The notes beneath the pieces were generated by a model. It was not told the DNA's origin, ran no database searches, and worked only from the letters and a program-made list of their open reading frames with translations. This document shows, in pieces, positions 17,407-26,027 of a stretch of DNA of 64,000 nucleotides (positions within the stretch are counted from its first letter, which is position 1; each line of letters starts with the position of its first letter). This DNA comes from Chloroflexota bacterium (lineage in GTDB: Bacteria; Chloroflexota; Limnocylindria; Limnocylindrales; CSP1-4). Location of the stretch: contig JBHORC010000011.1 of assembly GCA_042408445.1 (NCBI GenBank), positions 58,069 to 122,068 of the forward strand. The letters are read 5' to 3'. The translations under genes and the position numbers were made by a program.

Positions 17407-19365
17407 ATGAAGACGACTGTTCGGTACCCGGGGACGGCTGCGATCCTCGACGGCTCGGAGGCGATCGCGTCGGTCGAGACCCGGATCAGCGAGATCGCCT
17501 GCGCCTACCCGATCACGCCCTCGACGACGATGGCAGCGATCTTCCAGGCTGCGGTCGCAGACGGCCGGCCGAACCTCTGGGGAACGCCGCTCCGCTTCGT
17601 CGAGCTCGAGTCGGAGCACTCCTCCGCGTCGTCCGCCGAGGGCGCCGCGCTCGCGGGCGCGCGCGTCACCAACTTCACCGCGGGCCAGGGCCTCGTCCTG
17701 ATGAAGGAGGTCCTGTTCGTCATCTCCGGCAAGCGACTCCCGGTCGTGTTCCACGTCGGCGCGCGCGCGCTGACGAGCCAGGCGCTGAACATCCACGCCG
17801 GGCACGACGACGTGATGGCCGTCGCCGACGCGGGCTGGGGGATCCTGTTCGCCCGGAACGCCCAGGAGGCCGCCGATCTCACCGCGATCGCGCGACGGGT
17901 CGCCGAGGTCTCGGAGGTCCCGTTCTTCGTCGTGCAGGACGGCTTCCTGACGACCCACACGATGGAGTCGATGCGCCTCCCCGAGGACGAGCTGCTCCAC
18001 GAGTTCGTCGGGGATCCCCGCCAGCGGATCCGGGCCTGGTTCGACCCGGCCACGCCGCTGATGACGGGCGTCGTCCAGAACCAGGACAGCTACATGAAGG
18101 GCCGGATCGGCCAGCGCACGTTCTACGAGCGGCTGCCCGGAGCGCTCGCGAGCGCGTTCGCGGATTGGGAAACGCTGACCGGCCGTCACTACGCGCCGAT
18201 CGAGACCTACCGGACCGAGGACGCGTGCGAGGTGATCGTCGCGATGGGCACGATCGCCGACACCGCCACCGCCGTCGTCGATCATCTCCGCGGCCTTGGG
18301 CGAGCCGTCGGTTCCGTCGCGGTCACGAGCTACCGACCGTTCCCGGCCGAGGAGCTCTGGGCAGCGCTCCGCGGCGCGCGCTCCGTCGCGGTCATCGAGC
18401 GGACCGACGAGCCGGCAGCGGCCGACAACCCGTTGACCCGTGAGGTCAAGGCCGCGCTCTTCGACCACGCCGCAGACGGTGCCATGATCCCGCGCGTCCG
18501 GTCCGTCTCGGCCGGACTGGGCTCGCGTGACGTGACGCCCGGTGATCTCCTCGCCGTGTTCGACTGGCTCGCCGATCCAGCAACCCCCGCCGCCGCCCGC
18601 TATGCGACGCTCGGCGTCCGGCACCCGACGGCGCTCGCGGCGAAGCCTTTGGACCTTCGGCCGGCCGGCGCCTACAGCGTCCGTGGCCACTCGATCGGTG
18701 GCTTCGGCTCCGTCACCACGAACAAGCTCGTCGCCGCGGTCGTCGGCGGCCTGTTCGGGCTGCAGGTCCAGGCGTACCCCCGCTACGGCTCCGAGAAGAA
18801 GGGCCTGCCGACCTCCTACTACCTGACCGTCGCCACGGAGCGGGTCCGGCTCCACGGTGAGATCGAGACCGTGGACTTCGTCTCGCTCCACGACGTCGCG
18901 GCCTTCCGCCAGGGCGATCCGCTCCACGGCCTCGTCGACGGCGGGATCGTCTTCGTCTCGTCGCCGGAGCGGGACGCCGATGCGATCTGGCGGTCGATCC
19001 CGCCCGACGCCCGGAAGGAGATGCTCCGTCGCCGAATCCGCCTGATCGCCCTGGACACCGCGGGTCTCGCCCGCGACCGCGCACCACGGCCGGAGCTCGT
19101 CCTGCGGATGCAGGGGGTCGCGCTCGTTGGCGCGTTCCTCCGTGCGACGCCCTTCGCCGAGCAGGCGGGCTACGGCCGGGACGATCTGCTCCAGGCGCTC
19201 CGGCCCCACCTCGAGCGCTTCTTCGGGAAGCGCGGCGGGCGCGTCGTCGACGCCAATCTCGACCTGGTCGCGGCCGCGTACGACGCCGTCGTCGACGTGA
19301 CCGCCGGCCTCCACTCGCCGAACCCTGCAGCCGTGACTCCGGCTGCGCTCCCGGAGGTGTCGTGA
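17407..19365 (+). CDS. Pyruvate/2-oxoacid:ferredoxin(flavodoxin) oxidoreductase, N-terminal half (alpha + gamma domains)
   Basis: YPITPS, ESEHSSAS, TAGQGL, VQDGFLTTH, SIGGFGSVT, YGSEKKG. Confidence 0.92.
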   Translation: MKTTVRYPGTAAILDGSEAIASVETRISEIACAYPITPSTTMAAIFQAAVADGRPNLWGTPLRFVELESEHSSASSAEGAALAGARVTNFTAGQGLVLMKEVLFVISGKRLPVVFHVGARALTSQALNIHAGHDDVMAVADAGWGILFARNAQEAADLTAIARRVAEVSEVPFFVVQDGFLTTHTMESMRLPEDELLHEFVGDPRQRIRAWFDPATPLMTGVVQNQDSYMKGRIGQRTFYERLPGALASAFADWETLTGRHYAPIETYRTEDACEVIVAMGTIADTATAVVDHLRGLGRAVGSVAVTSYRPFPAEELWAALRGARSVAVIERTDEPAAADNPLTREVKAALFDHAADGAMIPRVRSVSAGLGSRDVTPGDLLAVFDWLADPATPAAARYATLGVRHPTALAAKPLDLRPAGAYSVRGHSIGGFGSVTTNKLVAAVVGGLFGLQVQAYPRYGSEKKGLPTSYYLTVATERVRLHGEIETVDFVSLHDVAAFRQGDPLHGLVDGGIVFVSSPERDADAIWRSIPPDARKEMLRRRIRLIALDTAGLARDRAPRPELVLRMQGVALVGAFLRATPFAEQAGYGRDDLLQALRPHLERFFGKRGGRVVDANLDLVAAAYDAVVDVTAGLHSPNPAAVTPAALPEVS

Positions 19366-19784
19366 TGGCTGACGTCGTGCCGGCGCGGGTGGTCGGGACG
19401 CTGATGACGCGAGAGCCGATCGTCGCGAACGTGGACATGCCGCTGATCGATGCGGTCGAGCTCATGGACTTCTACCGGGTGAGCGGCCTCCCCGTCATCG
19501 ACTGGGACGGGCGGCTCGTCGGCGTGATCAGCCAGACGGATCTGCTGCACGCACGGGGGGTGGAGCGGCTGTGGGGCAGCTGGCCGGGCCTGACCGTCCG
19601 ACACCTGATGACCGAGCCGGCTGTATCCGTACGGGCGGACACGACCCTGAACGACGCCGCGCAGCTGATGGAGGACCTCCGGATCCACCGCCTGGTCGTC
19701 GTGGCGTCCGATGACGAGACGCCGGTCGGCGTCCTGTCCGTGAGCGACCTCGTGCACGACATGGCGACCGGAGACCCGCTGTGA
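19362..19784 (+). CDS. Tandem CBS-domain protein
   Basis: LMTREPI, SGLPVID..GRLVGVISQTDL, IHRLVVV..VGVLSVSDL. Confidence 0.9.
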   Translation: MMADVVPARVVGTLMTREPIVANVDMPLIDAVELMDFYRVSGLPVIDWDGRLVGVISQTDLLHARGVERLWGSWPGLTVRHLMTEPAVSVRADTTLNDAAQLMEDLRIHRLVVVASDDETPVGVLSVSDLVHDMATGDPL

Positions 19785-21466
19785 GCGAGCTCGCGACCTT
19801 CGATCTTGCCGCCCCGCCGCTCAAGACGGCCGGTGAGCCGATGGAGGCCCAGACCGGGCGCCTCGGCCCGGCGACCGGCGTCCTCGACATGCACGGCTAC
19901 GTGGATGAGTTCAACGGAACGATCGTCGACGCCTATCGCCGCGGAGTTGCGGACCAGGAGCTTCCGAGCGAGATCGGCGTCGCCCGGAGCGTCATCCCGC
20001 CGGGAACCGCGGCCGCTCGCGACTTCAGCGGCCTCGCTCCGACGATCCCCGAGTTCGTCCTGGACGCCTGCGTCGGCTGCATGACCTGCGTCAGCGCGTG
20101 TCCCGATTCGGCGATCCTCGGCATCGCCCAGCCGGAGCGCGTCGTCGACGCGGCGATCGAGACCTTCGCGGCGGGGGAGCGGCGGCCCGAGGAGGCCGCG
20201 CGGACCGCGCGCGCCCACTTCGCCAGGACGACGAAGTACGCCGACGTCCCTGCCAGGCGCGGCCTCGAGCCGGCGGCTTTCGGGATCTTCGTGGACCCGG
20301 TCCATTGCAAGGGCTGCGCCGAATGCGTGGAGGTCTGCCACGCCCTCGGCTACGACGCGCTCCGGATGATTCCGAAGGAGCCGGGGAGCTCGAAGGCGGA
20401 CGGGACGGTCGAGCAGTACCGGCGCGACATGCGGTTCTTCCGGAGCCTGCCACCGACCCCGCCGGAGTACCGCAACGAGCGGGCGCTTGCCGACCTCATG
20501 CTCGGCGAGCACGCGTTCGGCTACGTCGGCGGCGCCGGGTCGTGCTCCGGCTGCGGCGAGGGGACGGCGATCCGGATGATGGTCGCCGCGACGCGCCAGG
20601 TTCACGGCCCGGATTCGCTCGGCGTGGTCGCGGCGACGGGTTGCAACACCGTCTTCGGCAGCACGTACCCTTGGAACCCCTATCTCGTGCCCTGGACGAA
20701 CTCGCTGTTCGAGAACGCGGCCGCCGTCGCGCTCGGGATCCGGACCCGCTGGGAGCAGGAGGGCAACGCCGACTGGCGGCTGTGGGTCATCGGCGGCGAC
20801 GGGGCGATGTACGACATCGGCTTCCAGGCGCTGTCGCGGTTCGTCGCGTCCGGCACGGACGCCAAGGTCCTCGTGCTCGACACGCAGGTCTACTCCAACA
20901 CCGGCGGTCAGGCATCGACGGCGTCGTTCGGCGGGCAGGTGACGAAGCTCTCCGCCTTCGGCCACGACCTCCACGGCCGGCCCGAGCCGCGGAAGGAGCT
21001 GGGACGGATCCTCGTCGCCCACGGCAACGCCTACGTTGCCCAGACCACGCCGGCCCACATCAACCACTTCTACCGCTCGATCATGGAGGCGAACGCCTTC
21101 CCCGGGCCGGCGGTCGTCATCGTCTACTCGGCGTGCATGCCGGAGCACGGGATCGCGGATGACGCCGCGACGCGGCAGGCAAAGCTCGCCGTGGACTCCC
21201 GCGCCTTCCCGCTCTTCACCTACGACCCGCGGCGCGGAGAGACGATCGCGGAGCGGCTGTCGCTCCAGGGGAACCCCGCGATCAAGGGCGACTGGTCCGC
21301 GTTGCCGGACGGCACGCCGGTCGACTTCCTGACCTTCGCCCGATCCGAGGGCCGGTTCGCTCCCCATTTCGGGGCGGATGACTCGCCGAGCCCGGAGATC
21401 CTCGCGACGAACGACGACCGGCTCGCGAACTGGCGGACGCTGCAGGAGCTCGCCGGCGTCCGCTGA
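19781..21466 (+). CDS. PFOR C-terminal half (2x4Fe-4S delta + TPP-binding beta domains)
   Basis: CVGCMTCVSACP, CKGCAECVEVC, GSCSGCGE, ATGC, GGDGAMYDIG, YSNTGGQ. Confidence 0.92.
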   Translation: MSELATFDLAAPPLKTAGEPMEAQTGRLGPATGVLDMHGYVDEFNGTIVDAYRRGVADQELPSEIGVARSVIPPGTAAARDFSGLAPTIPEFVLDACVGCMTCVSACPDSAILGIAQPERVVDAAIETFAAGERRPEEAARTARAHFARTTKYADVPARRGLEPAAFGIFVDPVHCKGCAECVEVCHALGYDALRMIPKEPGSSKADGTVEQYRRDMRFFRSLPPTPPEYRNERALADLMLGEHAFGYVGGAGSCSGCGEGTAIRMMVAATRQVHGPDSLGVVAATGCNTVFGSTYPWNPYLVPWTNSLFENAAAVALGIRTRWEQEGNADWRLWVIGGDGAMYDIGFQALSRFVASGTDAKVLVLDTQVYSNTGGQASTASFGGQVTKLSAFGHDLHGRPEPRKELGRILVAHGNAYVAQTTPAHINHFYRSIMEANAFPGPAVVIVYSACMPEHGIADDAATRQAKLAVDSRAFPLFTYDPRRGETIAERLSLQGNPAIKGDWSALPDGTPVDFLTFARSEGRFAPHFGADDSPSPEILATNDDRLANWRTLQELAGVR

Positions 21467-21533
21467 CGACCAACGCCCGTCCGAGGACGGCGGTTCGGCC
21501 CGCTCGGGGCCGAACCGGCTTGCGTCGACGATC

Positions 21534-21599
21534 AGGCCGTCCGTCCCCCCGCGATCGGTCGGCTCGGCCCTGCCCGGATCGAGGGTGGAACTCCACCAT
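21534..21599 (+). promoter_or_regulatory. Tandem DosR-like boxes and -10 element
   Basis: AGGCC-GTCC-GTCCC 21534-21547; GGTCG-GCTC-GGCCC 21557-21570; CACCAT 21594-21599. Confidence 0.5.
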
Positions 21600-21642
21600 C
21601 TGAATCGACGACGCGCGGAGCGTCGATGAAAGGAGGCAGACG

Positions 21643-21957
21643 ATGGAGTTTGCCATCAGTCTCGGGTTCGGTGGATGGGTGCTCCTGATCCTGGGGGCCG
21701 CCCTCATCGGCGGCGTCGCCCAGCTCATCGGCCAGCCACACACCGGCTTCGAATGGATCGCCCCGGCGATCGCGGCCGCGATCGGCGCGCTCGTCGCGAG
21801 CGAGTTCATCGTCGGCTGGCAGGCGTTCGAGCCGGTCTGGGACGGCCTTGCCCTGGTCCCGGCGATCGTCGGTGGCGTCGTGTTCGGCGCCGCGGCCGAC
21901 ATCGCGACGAGGTACCTCACGGGCGGGACGTATTCGGGCCGACCGATGTCCGCCTGA
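21643..21957 (+). CDS. Small 3-TM membrane protein (GlsB/YeaQ/YmgE-like)
   Basis: Three Gly/Ala-rich hydrophobic helices; AAAGGAGG RBS. Confidence 0.75.
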   Translation: MEFAISLGFGGWVLLILGAALIGGVAQLIGQPHTGFEWIAPAIAAAIGALVASEFIVGWQAFEPVWDGLALVPAIVGGVVFGAAADIATRYLTGGTYSGRPMSA

Positions 21958-21979
21958 CCACGTCAGCCCATGTCACCAG

Positions 21980-22012
21980 CCGGCCCGCCAGCACCCTGGC
22001 GGGCCGGTTGTT
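21980..22012 (+). terminator. Stem-loop (terminator or mRNA-stabilising hairpin)
   Basis: ccggcccgccag-cacc-ctggcgggccgg followed by ttgtt. Confidence 0.6.
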
Positions 22013-22037
22013 CCCGGCCCGCTCGAAAGGAGCTTCC

Positions 22038-22565
22038 ATGAAGGCCGTCGTCGTCTACGAATCCCACTGGGGCAACACGGAGGCCGTGGCCCGCGCCATC
22101 GCCGAGGGCATCGGCCCCGACGCTCAGGCGCTTCCCACGGACGAGGCGACCGCCGAGGTCGTGGGCCCCGCGGACCTCATCGTCGCGGGAGCGCCGGTGA
22201 TGGCGTTCGGGCTCCCGGGCGAGCGCGCCCTGACCGGCCTTGAGCGATCTGCGCATACCGCGGAGACGCCCCCGGACCTTTCGCGCATCTCCCTGCGAAC
22301 GTGGCTCAACGCCCTCCCGCAGGGACATGCCGTTGCAGCGGCCTTCGAAACGAGGATGCGCTGGTCGCCGGGCGGTGCCACGGGCACGATCGAGCGGTCA
22401 CTCACGGGCCATGGCCACCGGATCGTCTCCCAGGGCCACAAGTTCGTGGTCACCGGGCAGTCCGGACCGCTTCGCGATGGCGAGCTGGACCGGGCACGCC
22501 AGTGGGGCGCCGAGCTCGGCCTGGCGGCACGGACGGCTGCCTCTGCCGCGGCCGCCCGACAATGA
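22038..22565 (+). CDS. Flavodoxin-like protein
   Basis: VVYESHWGNTEAVARAIA FMN-phosphate loop, AAAFETR, GPLRDGELDRA; AAAGGAG RBS. Confidence 0.88.
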   Translation: MKAVVVYESHWGNTEAVARAIAEGIGPDAQALPTDEATAEVVGPADLIVAGAPVMAFGLPGERALTGLERSAHTAETPPDLSRISLRTWLNALPQGHAVAAAFETRMRWSPGGATGTIERSLTGHGHRIVSQGHKFVVTGQSGPLRDGELDRARQWGAELGLAARTAASAAAARQ

Positions 22566-22580
22566 CGGGAGGAATGTTCG

Positions 22581-22973
22581 ATGTCGAAGGCAACCATCAC
22601 CCGCGTCTTCGTCGGTAGCATCGTCGCGTTCGTCGGTGCGATCGTCCTGCTCGTCGTCGCGATCCTCGCGGCGTTCGCAAGTGGCGCCGTCGTGACAACG
22701 GGGCCCGACGTCACCGGCTTCGAGCCGTCGGCTCTCGCCTGGACGACCGTCGGCTTCATGGCCGTCGGGGTCCTCGTCGCGATCGGCGCAGCGATCGCGC
22801 AGTTCGTCGCCTGGATCGGGGCCGTCATCAACACGTCCCGGCTCGAGGACAAGACGTGGTTCATCCTGCTGCTCGTCCTCGGACTGCTGAGCTTCGGCTT
22901 CATCGCCATGCTCGTGTACGTGCTCGCTGGACCCGACGGGCTGGAGGAGAACCGCCGGCTGCAGCCAGCCTGA
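22581..22973 (+). CDS. Hypothetical membrane protein
   Basis: Three TM segments, DKTWF..YVLAGPDG; GGGAGGA RBS. Confidence 0.75.
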   Translation: MSKATITRVFVGSIVAFVGAIVLLVVAILAAFASGAVVTTGPDVTGFEPSALAWTTVGFMAVGVLVAIGAAIAQFVAWIGAVINTSRLEDKTWFILLLVLGLLSFGFIAMLVYVLAGPDGLEENRRLQPA

Positions 22974-23098
22974 CGACGATTGTGGCCGTGCCTGACGCGG
23001 CCGCCAGACCAGCGGATCCGAACAGGGTCCGCTGGTTCGTCATCGCCCAGCTGGCTGAACCCGCGGCCCCCGGGCCTTGGTTCCGCGCCGTCGTGGGA

Positions 23099-23869
23099 TC
23101 AGACGGTCTCGTTCGCGATCCGCAGCTGGCGCTCCGTCCAGTGGATGAGCCCGCCCAGCTGATCGCCGGACAGCCGATCGCAGGCGAACGACCAGTGGAC
23201 CGAGACAACGTCGCCGAGTTCGACACCGGCCACGAACGTCGCTCCATCGCGCCATGCCTGGATCCGCTCGGGCCGGGGCGACCCGAGGACGAGCCGGCCG
23301 TCCGTCATCCCGAGCGGGACCACGTTCACGACGAGGAACTCGGCGTCCCGTTCGAGAACCCGACCCCATCGGATCCGGCAGGAGTCGATGACGTCCAGCA
23401 CGTGGTCAACCGAGCCGGACCGCATCAGGCCGACCCGCGGGAAGACGTCCAGGACGTGGAACGCGTGGACGGGAACGGCGCCACGATCCGGCTTGCCGGC
23501 AAGCCACCGCCAGCCGTCCGGGCGGAGACGCGGCCGGAACCGCGTCGCCAGCGAGTCGGCGAGCGTGTCCGGTCGGACCCCGTCGAGCAGCGAATTGCCG
23601 AGCCAGTACGCCTCGACGACCCGCCGATCGAGTGGATCGGCAAGGCCGTTCGACCGGGCGATCAGCTCGAGGTACGGCCATGCACCCTCGAATCCCCGGG
23701 CGAGCTCGCCGAGCGCGCGGTCGTCGCCGCCCCCGGCGCCTTCCCCGAACAGCTCCTCGACCGCGTCCGGGCCGCAGTAGCCGAGGCGGTTCGGGCCGTA
23801 GGCGTACCGGGCGAAGAGCGCCGGCCCGGAGCAGGGGAGGCGCCCCGACGACTCAGTCGAGGCGGGCAT
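23099..23869 (-). CDS. DUF6390-like protein with HypC-like C-terminal motif
   Basis: FARYAYGPNRLGYCGP, VVEAYWLGN, HAFHV, DSCRIRWG, GDVVSVHWSFAC. Confidence 0.78.
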   Translation of the reverse strand: MPASTESSGRLPCSGPALFARYAYGPNRLGYCGPDAVEELFGEGAGGGDDRALGELARGFEGAWPYLELIARSNGLADPLDRRVVEAYWLGNSLLDGVRPDTLADSLATRFRPRLRPDGWRWLAGKPDRGAVPVHAFHVLDVFPRVGLMRSGSVDHVLDVIDSCRIRWGRVLERDAEFLVVNVVPLGMTDGRLVLGSPRPERIQAWRDGATFVAGVELGDVVSVHWSFACDRLSGDQLGGLIHWTERQLRIANETV

Positions 23870-24830
23870 CGCCCGTCACGCGGCTGTGGCTCGCGTCCGC
23901 CACGTGGCGCGCGGCGATCCGGGTCCAGGCGATCAGGAGCGCCGACGCCGCGACGATCAGCGCGTAGCCGACGACGACCTGGCTGCTGGGCACGGATCCC
24001 TTCGAGACGGCCGTCAGCGCGCCGGTGACCACCACGCCCAGCGCGAGCACGCTCGTCACGACCGATGCCGGAGCCCGCTGGAGCGCCGCGAACCACGTCG
24101 CGACATAGGCGGCGAGAATGGTGCCGGTGACGAGCACCCAGCTCCACTGGGCCAGTGAGAGCTGACCGAGCACGGCGAGCTTGCCGGCGAGGACGAGATA
24201 GCCGACGAGGATCACGACGCCGAGGCCCATCCGCAGCGTCGCGATCGCGTGGCTGCGGACGGACGCCAGGAGCCGGCGGACGACGATCGTCTCGATGGCC
24301 CAGAGCAGCGTCGCAACGAGGATGAGCGTCTCCCCACTGCCCCAGACGATCCCGTCCGGCGGCAGGACCAGCGCCTGGCCGACGAGCAGCAGCCCGAGCC
24401 CCGCGATCGTCGCGATGCCAAGCGTCTCACCGAGGAAGGGAACCGCCAGGAAGGCGACCCAGACGAAGAGCGTCTTCTGGATGAACGCGGCGCTCGGCGC
24501 GCTGGCCGCCGCGAGGCCGGTGAAGAAGAGGACGAACGGGACGCTCCCTCCGACGACCGCGACCGCCGCGACGGCCGGCCAATGGCGTCGCTCGATCGCC
24601 CGGATGTCGCGTCCCGCGCCGACCGCCAGCGCAAGCGTGACCAGGACGATCGCGGCAACGCCGTTCTTGAGCGTGGTGAACACGGCCGCGTCGGGCAGCT
24701 GCCGGACCGCGAAGGCGTTCAGGTAGATGGCGAGCCCACTGATGAGCGCGGCACCGACGGCGAGGGCGATGCCCCACTCGGCCCCGCGGGGGATCGCCGA
24801 AACCCACCGGCGGCGAACAGGCAACGACAT
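23853..24830 (-). CDS. DMT/EamA family transporter
   Basis: About 10 TMs in two EamA repeats; AAGGAG RBS. Confidence 0.88.
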   Translation of the reverse strand: MSLPVRRRWVSAIPRGAEWGIALAVGAALISGLAIYLNAFAVRQLPDAAVFTTLKNGVAAIVLVTLALAVGAGRDIRAIERRHWPAVAAVAVVGGSVPFVLFFTGLAAASAPSAAFIQKTLFVWVAFLAVPFLGETLGIATIAGLGLLLVGQALVLPPDGIVWGSGETLILVATLLWAIETIVVRRLLASVRSHAIATLRMGLGVVILVGYLVLAGKLAVLGQLSLAQWSWVLVTGTILAAYVATWFAALQRAPASVVTSVLALGVVVTGALTAVSKGSVPSSQVVVGYALIVAASALLIAWTRIAARHVADASHSRVTGDARLD

Positions 24831-24974
24831 CAGCGGCTCCTTCCCGCGCTCGGCGCGGCAGCGTGCGACCTCGAATCGGAACGCGAACCCGGTGCCTTCG
24901 CAGGGTCCTCACCCCTCGAAGCCATGGTCCGGTCCGAGCCGCGGCCGCCGACCGTGCTGGCCGTCATGAACCCC

Positions 24975-25011
24975 GGGCCAAGCGGCCCGTCACGGCAAGG
25001 CCGGTCGGCAC
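24975..25011. promoter_or_regulatory. Tandem DosR-like boxes upstream of EamA-DUF6390
   Basis: Perfect GGGCC-AAGC-GGCCC 24975-24988; AGGCC-GGTC-GGCAC 24998-25011. Confidence 0.55.
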
Positions 25012-25069
25012 CGTCGCTCGGCCCGTCCGAAGTCGGAGGTCAGCGCCTGGGCCGGGCGCACCGAATGTC

Positions 25070-25120
25070 CGCGGCGACTCTCTGCACGGCTGCCGCGGCA
25101 GCGGCTGCCTCGGTCTCGCC
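25070..25120 (-). repeat. 51-bp diverged direct repeat, remnant of the 3' end of the ABC substrate-binding gene
   Basis: 46/51 identical to 27073-27123; minus strand reads GETEAAAAAAAVQRVAA versus GETGAAAAAGAVQRVAA. Confidence 0.85.
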
Positions 25121-25143
25121 GAGAGAGCCCTGTCATTCGCCCG

Positions 25144-25926
25144 TCACCCGATCGGCTGCTGCAGCTCGGTGACGAAGTCCTCGTCCGAGTCGACGGTCCA
25201 CCCGCGCGGCAGTCGCAGGTCGACCTCGGCGCCGAACTGCAGGTAGAGGACGCGCAGCAGACCGGTCCGCTCGACGCCGGCCGCCGCGAGCCAGGCGCCG
25301 AGCTTCGCCATCGCGGCGGGGAGCGACGCATACGGTCCGCGGTGGAGCAGTGTCGTGGCGCGCGTCGGAGGCAGTTCCCGGATGCCGATCCGTCCGGCCG
25401 CGCCGTCGCGGCGGCGGATCGGGACGTAGATCAGGTGCTCGGCTGGGATCGCGCCGGGCGGGCTGGATGCTCGATTCGATCGGTCGCGAACGTGCGTCTC
25501 GAGCTCGCGGAACGCCTCGCCGATGTCGTCGCTCTGGACGTCGGCGAGGTCAAGCGTCGCGACGAGCTCGCGACCGAGCCGGCGGACAACGATGTCGCCG
25601 GCGACCGGCGCCGCGAGCTCGATCTCGAGCGCCGCGAGTCGCCGCTCCACCTCGCGCCGTTCCTCGTCGAGCTCGCGGCGACGGCGGTGGAGCGCCTCGG
25701 ACAGGTCGGTGTTCCCGCGAACCAGGTCGCGCATCTCGACGCGGGACAGACCGAGGTCGCGCAGGGCCAGGACCCGGCGCAGCTCGGGAAGCTGCGCGGC
25801 CGAGTAGTGGCGATAGCCAGTGATCGGGTCGACCCACGCCGGACGGAACACGCCGATTGCGTCGTAGGCACGGAGCGCCTTCGCCGAGACGCCGGCCAGC
25901 CGGGCGAAGGTGCCGACGGGGAACAC
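25144..25926 (-). CDS. MerR-family regulator with C-terminal GyrI-like effector domain (BmrR-type)
   Basis: FARLAGVSAKALRAYD, DPITGYRHY, LHRGPY, ELQQPI. Confidence 0.9.
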   Translation of the reverse strand: MFPVGTFARLAGVSAKALRAYDAIGVFRPAWVDPITGYRHYSAAQLPELRRVLALRDLGLSRVEMRDLVRGNTDLSEALHRRRRELDEERREVERRLAALEIELAAPVAGDIVVRRLGRELVATLDLADVQSDDIGEAFRELETHVRDRSNRASSPPGAIPAEHLIYVPIRRRDGAAGRIGIRELPPTRATTLLHRGPYASLPAAMAKLGAWLAAAGVERTGLLRVLYLQFGAEVDLRLPRGWTVDSDEDFVTELQQPIG

Positions 25927-25942
25927 CGGCCGAGGATAGCCC

Positions 25943-25973
25943 TTGACCTTGCCCCAGAGGGAAGGTTGACGAT
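25943..25973 (+). promoter_or_regulatory. MerR-type promoter with a 19-bp spacer containing the operator dyad
   Basis: TTGACC-N19-GACGAT; dyad ACCTT.CCC...GGGAAGGT. Confidence 0.75.
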
Positions 25974-26027
25974 CCGCGCCGAGGCTCCGGCCGCACGGTC
26001 CGCGGAGACCAGATGAGGAGGAATCGA

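Noticed and set aside
24830-24967. 45-aa ORF with TGATG coupling to EamA
   Set aside because: Low-complexity Arg/Ser/Gly sequence, no SD, and it starts right beside the regulatory box; likely chance.
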